A DNA stretch of 64,000 bases from Basidiobolus meristosporus CBS 931.73. Lineage: Eukaryota; Fungi; Basidiobolomycota. Shown piece after piece: positions 1-11,900 of this stretch. Each line of letters opens with the position of its first letter. Within the stretch, counting starts at the first letter, position 1. The DNA is taken from NCBI GenBank assembly GCA_002104905.1, contig MCFE01000457.1, positions 7,871 through 71,870 on the forward strand, read 5' to 3'. The position numbers and the translations under genes were made by a program. The notes below the pieces were generated by a model. It was not told the DNA's origin. It ran no database searches and saw nothing but the letters and a program-made list of their open reading frames with translations.

Positions 1-862
1 GCAAGAGAATCTGATGAATGGTGGGCACGGCAGTGTACCAGGTGCATCCAGTCTCAATGAACTCCTTCCAGAAGACGGTGGCGGAGAATTTGGGAGGAAT
101 CACCACTGTGCCACCGGACTTCAGCGATGCCAGCAGCCCGCAGACCAATCCGTGGACGTGGAAAAGAGGCATGACAAGGTAGGTAGTGTCTGTGTTGCGC
201 AGATCGTAGGTGTTGATGATATTGCCCATGGTTCTGGTGATGTTTTGATGGGAAAGAGGGACACCTAATTAATCAATCCGGCCCATTTTAGTTCATGCCC
301 AGCCAAAATTGGCCATAAATTAATGATACCAACCTTTAGGTCTTCCGGTGGTTCCTGAAGTATGCAAGAGCAGAGCAACATCCTCCGGGGCAGCCTTCAA
401 GCCAGCCAGGTTGATCCCCTTTACCTGGGAACCTGCGGTTTGGCGAAGCACAATGCGGTTCTGTGCACTAGACCAGCCAATCTCATAGACAGCAACGTTG
501 AACTTGGCTGCGGCCAACACGGCGGGCTTCTGTTCCTTGGTCCACCCTTCGTGAACGAGAAGCACCTTGCTCTTGGAATCCTCAAGGTAGAAGGAGAACT
601 CGGCTTCAGAGTAGCTGGGATTCAAGGGAGCAGAGACGAGCTTGGCCCCGGTAATACCGAAAAAGGCTACCACAAATTCCAAGGAGTTGATAAGTGCCAT
701 GGAAACGGTATCTCCTGGCTGTAGACCAGCCCCGCTGAGTTGCTCTTGGAAGGAGCGCACAGCCTCGACAACCTCAGGGTACGATAGGGTTGGTCCACCT
801 GAGGGGATGATGATGGCTGGAGAAGAGGTTTTGGTGTGCAGTGCTTGGGTTAAGGTGGCCAT
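1..862 (-). CDS. PCS60: Peroxisomal oxalate/acyl-CoA ligase (Pcs60/AAE3-like AMP-binding enzyme); 3' end lies outside the window
   Basis: ATG at 862. Exon 862-334, intron 333-265 (GTTGGT...ATTAG), exon from 264. Splicing gives LLHTSGTTGRPKG|VPLSHQNI...YLVMPLFHVHGL...TWYTAVPTIHQILL, which carries the AMP-binding signature and Pcs60/AAE3-type motifs. Confidence 0.85.
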
Positions 863-2011
863 TGTCAAAAACGGGAGCCTCGTTACAAGGTGAACTCTAA
901 AGGATCGAGGCCAGAAAACCCCCGACTTAAATAGAATGGATAGCGCCCGAGGTCACGTGGAGTTAGTCATGGAATCGCTCTACGATATAGCGATAGATGG
1001 GAGGGCATTCACGATCAACAATTCTAGCATCTCAGATTTGGGTGCTGATGAAGTATCACCGCTCAATAGAATGAATCACGTCAGCTCGAGTAGAATGAGG
1101 TCAAGCGGCTTCAGTAACACACATTTCTAATTTTACACTGGCATCCCAGAACGATCACAGCGGTGGAGAATGCGAAGCGGTCCACCGATAAATATAGAAA
1201 ATTTGAGCATATGAGGCGAGTGGATTTGCAGCAGACAAATGCCATCTGCCTTCGATGCGTCCGCCCTGCCGCGAGCGCAATGCACGGCCGATTCAAGCTT
1301 ACAGGGCTGTCGCGCACGACCCCAAGACAAGACTCCATGGATGGCTGGGTAACTTTGGCCCAGCGAGTTTTTCCCACATCACATATGCGGCTCGGAGGAG
1401 CTGGTGTGTGGTGACGGGAGGGGAAAAGGAGGGTCCCTGAATTCGTCCAAACTGGCACTCTATTGGTGCTGGCTCAGCAGTGTAGGACAGATGTGAGCAA
1501 TACGCTCACATTAGATCTTGCTGTCATATCGATTGATCAATCGACCGTGATCATCCTAGCGATAGTCAGAAATCACCATCGCAATAACACCTAGTGAATT
1601 TGGCCCCTTTTCTGCCATGTGTTTCAAATCTGTGATGTGAACACTAGTCGACAATCATGCGAAACCCTAGAGGGCAGAATGTTTCCAGCTCATCTGTGCA
1701 GCTCTTTATCACAGCATCCATCGTTCGTGGATGTAACATCATGTGCTCGAGATCGGAGCGCACAGAGGTAATGGGTTGGTGGCGATGTCCAGAGAATGAG
1801 TCCGCCGCTGGGTAGGCATCATCAACCCACCATATCACATGACTTGGCTTGCTTTGCCTCAACTTTAACTTCAGTCTACTAGACATCCCATCTGTGCTGC
1901 CCAAGGGGTATCTGGACCCAGCATACTATTGCTTTGCAAGCGTGCAGAAAATTATTCACTGTCCATCAGGTCCCTATTGGCTTTTAATGAATCTATGCAT
2001 ACACCGGCAAG

Positions 2012-3098
2012 CTATCTGTTGTAAACCGACTGCTCCACTGACCAGTTCGGCGACAGGTACCTCGGCTGCACACATTGAAGAAAGTGCTTACGCCAAGATA
2101 TGATGAAAGCCTCCAGGTCAAGCCATCTTTCGTGCCCCTCTTCAGTCACCATGGCGTGTTTCATCAATTGTTCGACTACAATCTCCCCGTGTTCCTTAAA
2201 ATGCTGGGACTTCTCTCGATCAGGCAGCTCCACTGCCTGGTTCAGAATATCATTGTCCAGGGCTACGGATTCAGGATGGGACTGGCGCCACCAGTTCAAG
2301 ACAATACTCTCCAACTCCTCGACTCTGCCAGCCGGTATTTTGGTTCGGTTTTTAATCAATGCGCTAGCAGCTCGGCTGACAGATCGGTGTTCCGGATGCA
2401 GAATCCAGCCGGTACCCTCCAGTGGTGCTGAGTGGTTTTCCACCAAGGCCTTCTTGTACTGTATGGAGAATCTCTCGTACCCATCGTGACAAGCTGTGCA
2501 CACTGGAAGCAGATCGAAGCTCTAAAAAGCACTTTCGGTGAGTAAGGCGAAGACGGTAACAAGGGAAGGAGGTTGGCTACGAACCGAGCGGGATTTAATA
2601 CACTCTGGCATATACTTACGATACATCTCAGGCACTGGAAGGAGCTCGATTAGCGACCCGAAGCTAGAAATGTAAGCCAGGTAAAAGGGCTTACCGATGT
2701 GATGTAGGGTAAGTTGGTCGTGTCTGCCGCAGCCTACGCATCTGTTTGGTTGGTCTTCCAAGTAAAATTTATCCTCCGCTCTTCCACTACCTTTGGTTTC
2801 GAAGTTCAGCTGGATGGAATTCGCGTCGACATACTTGGCAAGTCCCCGGGAGTGATACCAATCCAGACGTTTCCTAAGGTACGGTTAGGCACTGAAGCAA
2901 TGGTTTGGGTAGCTGTTTCGCTTACTTGCTGCAACGAAAGAGTAATTTCCCCTCTATCGAAAACACCTTTCCATTCTCGTAGATATCTCGTTGTCGGGGC
3001 GCTAGTTTGGTAGGTTTTCTCGAATTGACCGCGCTCATGGTGGAGAAGTAAGCACAACGAGGGCCTGACCAAAGTACCCGGGTTAACCACCTATTCAT
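2012..3098 (-). CDS. EXD2 C-terminal-like HNH/zinc-binding protein lacking the 3'-5' exonuclease domain
   Basis: Four exons: 3098-2926, 2873-2695, 2634-2585, 2521-2012, joined by GT-AG introns of 52, 60 and 63 nt. Spliced product reads ...YENGKVFSIEGKLLFRCSKKRLDWYHSRGLA...LNFETKG...FYLEDQPNRCVGCG..LTLHHIVPEMYRKYMP..IKSRSSFDLLPVCTACHD.... The start could alternatively be the ATG at 3038. Confidence 0.75.
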
Positions 3099-4489
3099 CC
3101 GAAGGCTCAATCTATCCTGGGCTTATCCCTCTCTGCGCTGATATGGGGATCATTCGAATTTGGTTGAAGCCGATCCGATCGTCTCGGTTTTTTTCCTCCC
3201 TTCTCGATCTAGCCTCATTCTCCAGCAAATCTCCTGGGGCAAAGGCAGTTGGTCAGCTCTGGGGGGGGGTCTAACTCATGACCCTGAGCAATCAGAACAG
3301 ATTTCCTGTGGCTTCTACCCCGTATTGTACTCCACCAGCATTCCCGCCGAGACTCACACGTGGAATCCTCCAGTAAAGCCTGCAAGTTCCACGGATATTC
3401 CTGGGAGCTTTTAATTCTTTGAGACATGCGTGGAGCGGGGGCGAGGGGTTGGAGCGACTAGGCAGGAAGGTTTTTTCGTAATGGTTCAGGACTTGCCTGC
3501 GACCCAGTCGATTATCATAATTGTGATCATGTTTGCATACACTGAGCCAGAAACTTTGTACCTGAGCGTTGAGAAGAAACGATATCCAATTTGCCAAGCA
3601 TGCCTCCACAACTCGGTATGATATGATTCTCCACTTGTGGCACCAAACAGTTTGCAAGGTTGGCCACAGTGCAATTGGGTTACTTGGGCAAGGTGTGGTA
3701 CGTAAGGCGACTGTCCAAGGCCATATTGGACCAATTTTCCATGACTTGGAAACACACATGATAGGGTTGTGTTACAGAGATCAAGGCTGTACCAAAGATA
3801 TGGGATCATTATACAATGGCTGGCTGTGAGGGGATTGGCTTTTTGCTATTCAGTAGGCTTGATGCAAACTAACCTCAAGGGCAGGGTTGAACAGAGGTAC
3901 TCCACATACCTTCTGAGCACTGGTGATGAAGAAGCATAAGGCTCCCCCTTGAGGCGTTGCTTGATATGAAATCATCATCGGTGGGATCTTAACTGGTAAG
4001 CCACTCGCCGCCTCCACATTATCTCCACACAGGAAACCAACCTCTCTGACCAGAGTTTCGTAGAAGATCTAGACACATGGACCAGATCCTCCCGCTGACG
4101 AAGGTATCAAGCTTATCCCGATATCTGGCGCTTGTATGCGCCAGATGGCCAGCTTGCATTGATGGGTTGCAATCAATGGGCAACAGGCGGGACCCCATTG
4201 AATACACGAGATTGAGAAAATCCACATTTTATCACTGATCCAGAGACAGGGTTGACAAGCGATTTGTTCGGGCGGGGAGAAGGGGCCAGGAGTAGTGAAT
4301 GAGTGGGTACTGGGGGGGAAAGAAAAGCTAGGGGTAGGCTGAAGGTATCCTCGCTAGTAGATCTGCAAACGTAACCAAGCATACAATGAAAGATCATACA
4401 TGAACCGATCAATATATCCGTATGAGAAATGCTCGAGCAATCGCTAGCACCAGCACCAGTGCTAGGCGGAGGATTCGGGGGGGGGGGGG

Positions 4490-5806
4490 TTATTGATTGA
4501 ATTTCCTGACCCAGAGCGCGTTCTCAAGCTCCAAGAGGCGTACCTTACGCTCATCAAAGCCGTACATACGGATCGACTCGAGGTCCAGGGCCGCTGGAAC
4601 GTTCACTTTCCGCAGGTCGCGATTCAGGGGGCCGGGAAGATCCAAAAGCTGGGCATAGTCGGGCTGGTCCACTCCGATCAGGCTGTCGATCACCTCGTTC
4701 AACCGCAGGGTGGAATTCAGCGAGTTGAGCAGCTCCTCGACTGGCTCGTCGACCAGCCATCGTTTATCCAGGTCCACCGCACGTCGGCTTCTGCCGGTGG
4801 AGTACCGATAGCACAGCGAGGTGGTGTCGATCACATCCCCCACTGTGTATCCGAATGGGTCCAAAGGATCGTTCAGGGTGGCTTGGCGGTCATTGACGGG
4901 ATTGAACCCGCTGTAGTCCATGGCTATCCTCGGGTTCTCTTCTTGCCAGTCGGCCCAGATCTTGTCGATGAAGGCGTGGTGCATCCAGAAGAGCGGGCTG
5001 AAATACAATGGGGATGGTGGGTAAGTGACGGAGCACACATGCACATGCGAGCAAATCAACCGGCCTGAAGGCCACTGATTCACCCGACCGATTATCAGCG
5101 GGTCACTTACTCGTTCGGGCTGGACATCACCCTGAAATCTCCGCCAATACCGAAGTGAACGTTGGCATGTGGCCCCGGTTCAATGTAACCGCGAAGCTCG
5201 TCATAGCTACGAGAGCGACGAATGATGTTGTTGATGGATTGGGCCGACCAGAAGGAGGAGATCGACTGGCCATTGTCCCATCGTCGAGCCAGGCAGTGGT
5301 ATCTAGGGTATGGGGCCTGCCAGCCTCCAAACGGCCCGTCTAGCAGACAGCTCGCACGGTTACCGCTGCCATTCCCGCCTAGCCAACTCCATAGCTCGCT
5401 GCTCTCCGGACTCCATGCATCGATGGTCCAGTCCTAGCGGGAAATCATGAATGTGGGCGGCCTGAAGGCTCGGGGGCTGCTTACCACTTACCCAGTACGG
5501 CAACATCATGTTGGGATCGATCGAGCGTAGGGCGTTCTCAAACTGGTAGATGAAGAACCGATGCCAGGGGAAGAAGGGCGGGGTGGAGTGGGCGTGGGGG
5601 ACGTAGGATAGGTGAACGTTGACGAGTTGGTCGTAGAGGCCGGTCTGCTTCAGAGTGTTCACCGCGGTAATGAAGTTCGTCCTTTCCTCCGCGGTGAGCT
5701 GGCGAAACTCCCTTCGCTCGTTGATCTCGCCACACCCTTGTCCATGGGACAGGGGGATGCTGGTGGCCACGAGCAAGGATAACATCCACTTTTTCATCAG
5801 TCGCAT
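4490..5806 (-). CDS. Secreted tyrosinase / type-3 di-copper protein
   Basis: Exons 5806-5492, 5433-5111, 4997-4490 (introns 58 and 113 nt). Signal-peptide-like N-terminus (MKKWMLSLLVATSIPLSHG). CuA ligands VH...HAHSTPPFFPWHR and LPYW|DW; CuB ligands GPHANVH...SPND|PLFWMHHAFIDKIW. Confidence 0.92.
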
Positions 5807-6600
5807 CGTTCACGAAATGTCGTAGGAAAAGCGAGGGCGCAACAGAAAGGTGGCAGCTGTATCAAGGGTTCTCTTGGGTGGGTGGGCTCGGGAATCGAAG
5901 ATGCGCAATACTGGCGATACCCAACCACCCTGTCAGCGTTTATATTGGTTGTATGGGGACGCCGCGAAGTTCCGAACACTTCCCTCGTTTGTTGGTTGCC
6001 GAGGATGGGGTGCATGTCGACTCGCAGGCCCCCAAGGCATCCCGTAACTATCTCCAAAGGGTAGCCTCCCCACTGGCCCATCCGGCATCGACAAAGTTTG
6101 AAACCATGCAGCCGCTCTCTAATCCCGCTTCATCTCGCATCCCTGGAAAACTCTCCAAGCGCCCAAACATCCAGCAAACAAGCGGGCCTCCATGAGCCTG
6201 CCCAGCCTTGGCCCAAGAAACCCGCTGTTACAATGAAGATGCTGGCTAGCTCGGCAATGATCCGTCGGCCACGTGAAGGAGCATGCAAGGACTGTTGACT
6301 CGCACAGATCGAGCTTCCAATGGCACGACGAGTCGCGGTAGAATCAACGGTTTATTCTATCAACTTTTACAGGTGGCCAAGCGTGTTTTTAGAAGATCTG
6401 GGTAGGTATGATACAGAGCTCAATGGAAACAACGGAATAACGCATAAACTGATAAGGAATACATGGATTGCTTCAAGGGCTAGACTCAGGTGAAGAGGCG
6501 GTACAAAGGGATAGGTGAAGAGTTCTAATACATTATTTACAGATTAACATATGTCGATATAGGCAGGCTAAAGTTACAATTTTCACAGAGGACGCTCCTC

Positions 6601-8952
6601 TTATTTCGGCAAAATCTTCAGTGATTTATCGGCCTTGAACTCGCCCGCAGCTGGATGTGCTACTTGGTCATCGTACTCCGGGGTTTGCTTCGGCTCGATA
6701 CGCACTTCCTCGCAGCGGTCGGCACTTCGCAGGCTCTCTTCGCTCAGCTTGATCTTCAAGAGGCTTTCGGAGATCGTGGATGTAATCGAAGGCCGGCGGA
6801 ATTCCCGCCTTGCAAACGCTTCAGCAGCGGAGAACGGAGTCAGAACATTTCCATTGACGTCCATGGGTGGAGAGATGATGGCGGGCTCGATTACGTCCAT
6901 GATACGCTCCTTGGTGGGCGAGAGGTTCAGGGCGGGAATGTACTTCGGCTCCCCCGGGCCTTCGCACATAACTTTGAGGCGCTCGCTGCCGTCGGGGACG
7001 CGGTGGGAGAAGACTACCCGGATGTTTTTGTACAGGTAGATGCGTTTCTTCGAGGGCGAGCAAAACTGCAGATGAATTGCGTAACGCAGAGTTCGGCTTT
7101 CGCTGGGTGATTCTGGCACTGAATAAGATTTCTGGCGTAAAAATGTCTTCGAATTCTCTGGCATATCCGAAAAATCATACGGAATGAGGAAAAACTTCAC
7201 GGCGGTTTTGTTGGGGTTTTTGATGACCACTTGCAGTTGGCCCTTGGGGGGGATTCTGTACCCGTGCGGGAACCTTTTGTCATTGACATTCTGGAGCTCC
7301 CCGCCCTCGAGATCCACCGTGCCCACATAAGGGGATGGTGAATCGGAGTTCCCATGCTGATAGAAATAAGCTGGAAAGTCTAGGTTGAGGTGCGGCGGGC
7401 ACTTCAGCGAGGGCTTGCACTTGCCTTTACCAAGAACCCCAATTTGAACGGCGAAGTTGATGGGTTTCGAAGGAAGGGTGGACATTCTTCCGCTCAAGAT
7501 GGATTCTTCATAGCTCCCTACCAGTGAGCCAAACAATTCCGAAGGGTTCAAGCATGAGAGGCTAGATCTGCGGCCCCCGTATCTCGGAGGCATCATTGCT
7601 CCCATCATGCTGGGCTGATACAGAGGGCTGTTTCTAGGAACCGAGTGCTTAAAAGGGGACAGAGGGGATGGTGAGGGTGGAGTCAGATTAATTTGGCAAT
7701 TGTATGGCTTAAGGATGGTAGGCTCTACTGTGGAACTTGCGACCGGTTGATTCAAAGCAAATCGTCTATTCTCTTCGCGGACGATGGAGGAATGGCTCTC
7801 GGCAAACGGGTGGGTAAAGGTATGGTGAGGAGAGTCGCCAATGGGTGAAGCAGCCGGAATGCTCACTGGACGCGAAAGTCTGAACGACGGGGGCGCTCCC
7901 ATCCGATCTTCCTCCGTGTTCCATTTCGTGAATCGAGTCTCGTTGAGCTCTTCGACATCTTCCTTGCTTCCGCTGGCATGTTCCGTTTCTTCTTTAAGAA
8001 TAGCTAATTTTTGTGTTGTGGTGTGATGCAAACTTTTTGACATATATCCTCCTTGCAAACTATCCAGTGCCGATGATTTGCGTTTGAGTTGAGGCGTCTG
8101 CTGGCCAGCTTCGTAAGTGTGTCTGACAGGGTCCGCGAAGTCGCCAAGAGCAGACTCTGATACATCGTGATCTACGCGTTCAGGATCCTTTGTGAAATCA
8201 GTCAGAACAAGGCCGATTGAAAGTAGCAGATGTGGGCAAGTGTACCTCTTTGACGTATTCGAGATGCGTTTCGGTTGGAACCTGACCTTCGCCTGCTTTG
8301 ATCTTTTCCAACTCCTCAGTGCAGTACGATACACACACATTCAGCTTTCCAAAAGCAGTAGAAGCCCCGTTGAATTGGTTGCTGGTAAGACTCAGTTCGC
8401 TCGGGAAACACTTTGTTGAGCACACGCTGCCGTAAGCTGCAATATCATAACCCAACTCTTCTTTCGGGATCTGGTTCGTGCCGATAACAGAATGAAGGGG
8501 CAGGAATCGTATCTGAGAATAGATGGATTGCAAAAGTAGGACGAGCTGTGTGGTGTCTAATTTACTACGCTCGTTCAGCTTTCGCTCGCTGGGTGAAAGG
8601 ACATCAAGGATTAGTGGGGTTTGCGATGACAAGGTTGCATCCGTTCGACCACTCACCAACTCTCAAACGAGATGGACCAACATTCGAGCAGGGCATTATT
8701 GGGCTTGCTAAAAATGTGGATATGGATAGGGGCACCATTTTTCCAGGCGTTAAGGGCGCTATCGAACGAATGCTCAGGTTGCTAAGGGAACTAGGGTTCA
8801 GCAAGTTGTACTAGGACATGAACACGCCCAGGCAAACAACGAACCTGTGTACTAATTCTTGCTCTTAGAATGATTTGACTAATTTTTGTAACAAATTCCA
8901 TTTCAAATTTCGTGTCCAAATGTTGACTGCTAGCTATAGGCAGCAAAGGCAT
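6601..8952 (-). CDS. ATOS/FAM214-family protein (DUF4210 plus C-terminal 'chromosome segregation' domain) with a HORMA-like N-terminus
   Basis: Exons 8952-8845, 8781-8657, 8588-8246, 8187-6601 (GT-AG introns of 63, 68, 58 nt) give one open frame. It contains LVGSYEESILSGRMS, FAVQIGVLG..CPPHLNLDFPAYFY..PSPYVGTVDL, GYRIPPKGQLQVVIKNPNKTAVKFFLIPYDFSDMP..KTFLRQK and LRYAIHLQF..YLYKNIRVVFS. The start codon is uncertain. Confidence 0.85.
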
Positions 8953-11900
8953 TAGTAAGAGCAGTCCAGAAAACAAGGAGCAGACTACCCTGGGGGTACT
9001 GACTTGACACAACTTCAAGGGCACTTGGCATATTTTGAGTTTAACTGGCGAGTCGAAACAGACAGTGGTGGACGAATTGAAGTTGAAACGAACGAGTTGT
9101 CTTTTTTTACCAGTAGCAGTGAACCAGATGCAACTTCTTTGGGGGGTGAGAAAGTCGACGACGAGACTGACAATGCTTTGGAAAGAACTTTTCTCAATGA
9201 ACTCTAGGTGCACACAGTTCACTCAGCTACTTATTTTCTAAGTCAAAGTGAAGGGCAGTCTGTGATGGAGCCATGCTCTTTTTATAGCCAAGGCGCCCAC
9301 AGGTTTCGCATGAAAACTGGTCAAATTTTGAAGTAGATTACGATTTACACCAAACCCATTGAAATATACGGCATGCATGGGATCTTACGTCTGTAGAATG
9401 ATTCATGATTTAATGAGGGAAATGAATCATTTTCCAATCGTAAGTTCCAATTAGAACGCACCCCAGATCTCGTTGGAAATGGCAAAAAACCTTTTCCATA
9501 TGATTTGTATCGTGAGTTAATAAATTTTCTTTTGGGTCACCAAGCTCCTGATGACTTGACAATGTCACTTCACCAAACCAATCAACCCCCATATTTCCAG
9601 ATTAAACCCGCGCTAGACTGGCTGTCCATTGGCTCTGGATGAGGTTAAGGCGAATTAATTCAGTCATGTACAGATTAATGAGACTATATATATATTAGAC
9701 TAGCTCCTACGTTGCAGCCTGTGTTTCTCTGATGGATATTACGTGTAACCGGACGAGGTTGGAAACAATAGCAAACCTGTTGAAGCACACACTCTAATCC
9801 TTGTGCTTGCCTCTGCTGCCCCTACCTCTCGCTGCCTCACCCCTTAGCTTGCCATAGTCGTCGGGGTGGCCAGAAATGCTCATGCTTCGACGGCAGAGGG
9901 TGGCGGATATGGCAGGCGTAGTCGCATTTCCAGATCCATCATCGTCCACTTCGATGGGTGATAAGCCAGACTCGGCGTCATCCCTCACATGACCAGGAAG
10001 CTTGTAACAGACTCAAGACATGGTGACAAATAAGGTGCGGGCCATCGCTTGCTTGTACCGTGCAGATTTATGTGGTGCCAAACGCAAGCATCCTGCCGTA
10101 CAGGCAGCGCAGATGTGGTGGCACCTGCTTGACACACTTTGTTCACTTGATTAAGAAAGAGGTCAGGTTGCCACCATATTGGATGGAATTTCTTGGCCAC
10201 CTTGTCACTTGTGTGATACGCTGGCTGGTAATTGGGACAAATGGAATGGGTTTCTGCTGCTTCGATTAAATGATCGCTCTTGAATTTTTCTCACATTTCC
10301 CCGTATTTCCCAATCCTGATTCCTCTACGTATAGCCCCACGGTGCCCATGTGCCTACAGTATAGCTATGAGGTGTCAATGGTACTGTCGTGGTGCCCAAT
10401 GACGAGATCCAGGTGAAGACTGTTCTGTCTACGGGAGAGACAGCCACCGTGCTCTTCTGGAGAAGAGGACACGGTCACCGTCGCTACCCCGCCCCGGTGG
10501 CTAGCCATGCTGGCGGTGCCGTCCATGGTCAGAAAGCGCACTCGTAAGCCTCCAAGCCTGTGTTTTTGGTTTGATCATGCTTGTTCGGGTCTTTGGTGTA
10601 GCAGGAGTATCTCGATCTGTACCACTCGCTGTGGTAAATTTCCCACCTATTTCCATTTGTAGGTCACAAGACTGCAGCGGTGCACTGTATGGAGGGGGTT
10701 TGGAACGACCAATGTGGTATGCTAGGCTAGATCCTAACTCCAACGGCTTCCACCTTTTCTTCGCTATGCTACACGCGCGCTATGCTGGAAACCACCCTCC
10801 TATGCGGCCAGGGCCCCATTCTAGAACGTTCATGGCAATCGATGGATAAGATCAAGGGGCCGCATCCGCATTTAGCATGCGGTGATCTTTGAGTTCCTAC
10901 TAGAAATGGGCCTGCATAATCGTGGACTCGGGCTTGGAAACAGCAGTAATGGGATGCAGGCTCTTAAGGGCCATTTCTCCTTTGGTAAGTAAGACTAACA
11001 GGTCTAGGAGGCCAGCTGCAGCTCGCCAAACTGTGGAACATTCGCCGGTCAGCCAAAGAGCGCAGAGCTTAAATTTTTACACATGCGCCACACAGCAGGC
11101 ATGCGGTGGCGCCGGAGAGGTGTTTCAAGGGGGCCGTGTTTCATCGAATCGCAGGCCATGGGAATGCCAACTTCGCATGCCGAAACACATGCCCATTTGG
11201 TCCATATCGATCTGCCTTGGCTATGTGGTAGATCCAGACTCCACCCATTAATCGATGGCTAGGCCGGAAGGTTACGGCTTCCATCAGATCCATGTAAACA
11301 GCTTCGCTCAGGTTAGGCTCCGTTATTTGCCGTAGTTGGCTGGGCGATTTCTACCCCATTTCAGAGCTCATCGGATGGCAGCGGTTGAATCATGTGGATC
11401 CATGGTCTCAGAAGTCTGGCCCGCCCAATGGGAAGTAGGCAATCATATGACTCGGAGTTTAATGACATCTCTACCGCCGTCAAGATACAAATGAGACGGA
11501 GAGAAACCCCGATACCAGGCTTCCTTGGACAAGTGATGATCATTTGATGCGTGCATCACTGCGTCCAATGGCTAGGTGCCAATGCCAGGACACGGGAGAC
11601 GGGAGGTAAATTGGAGCTGGAGTAGCAGTGCCCAGAAAAGGTGCCTCCCGTTTGCTTATTCGACCGCCAAATCATCATCACCAGCCCCTAGCCAGTTGGC
11701 TGCTCACCAGATCATCAATTGATGAGCAATGTCTGTCAGGATTACTCAGCTCTCCAAGAATGGCGCCATTAAGCAATCATAATCTCAGTGATCGGTAACT
11801 TGTCTGGAGGATTGACTCGGGGTAGCCTGGGGGTGGCCCTCGCGGGAGACACCCGCGGGCTGAGCTGGCTTTGGGCGGATGGCTCGTGGCGGAGAAGGGG

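Noticed and set aside
3560-3960. Copia GAG-pre-integrase relic (LHLWHQ...GH)
   Set aside because: Only one weak motif plus local CpG scarcity, which is not enough to call.
4478-4489. Poly-G run just past the tyrosinase stop as a regulatory element
   Set aside because: A single homopolymer, possibly with sequencing-length error, and no further support.
4493-5068. 191-aa plus-strand ORF
   Set aside because: Antisense shadow of the GC3-rich tyrosinase exon, with no recognisable motifs.
10270-10830. Multi-exon gene on the plus strand
   Set aside because: Trial splicing needed a 29-nt intron or a non-YAG acceptor and gave no recognisable protein.
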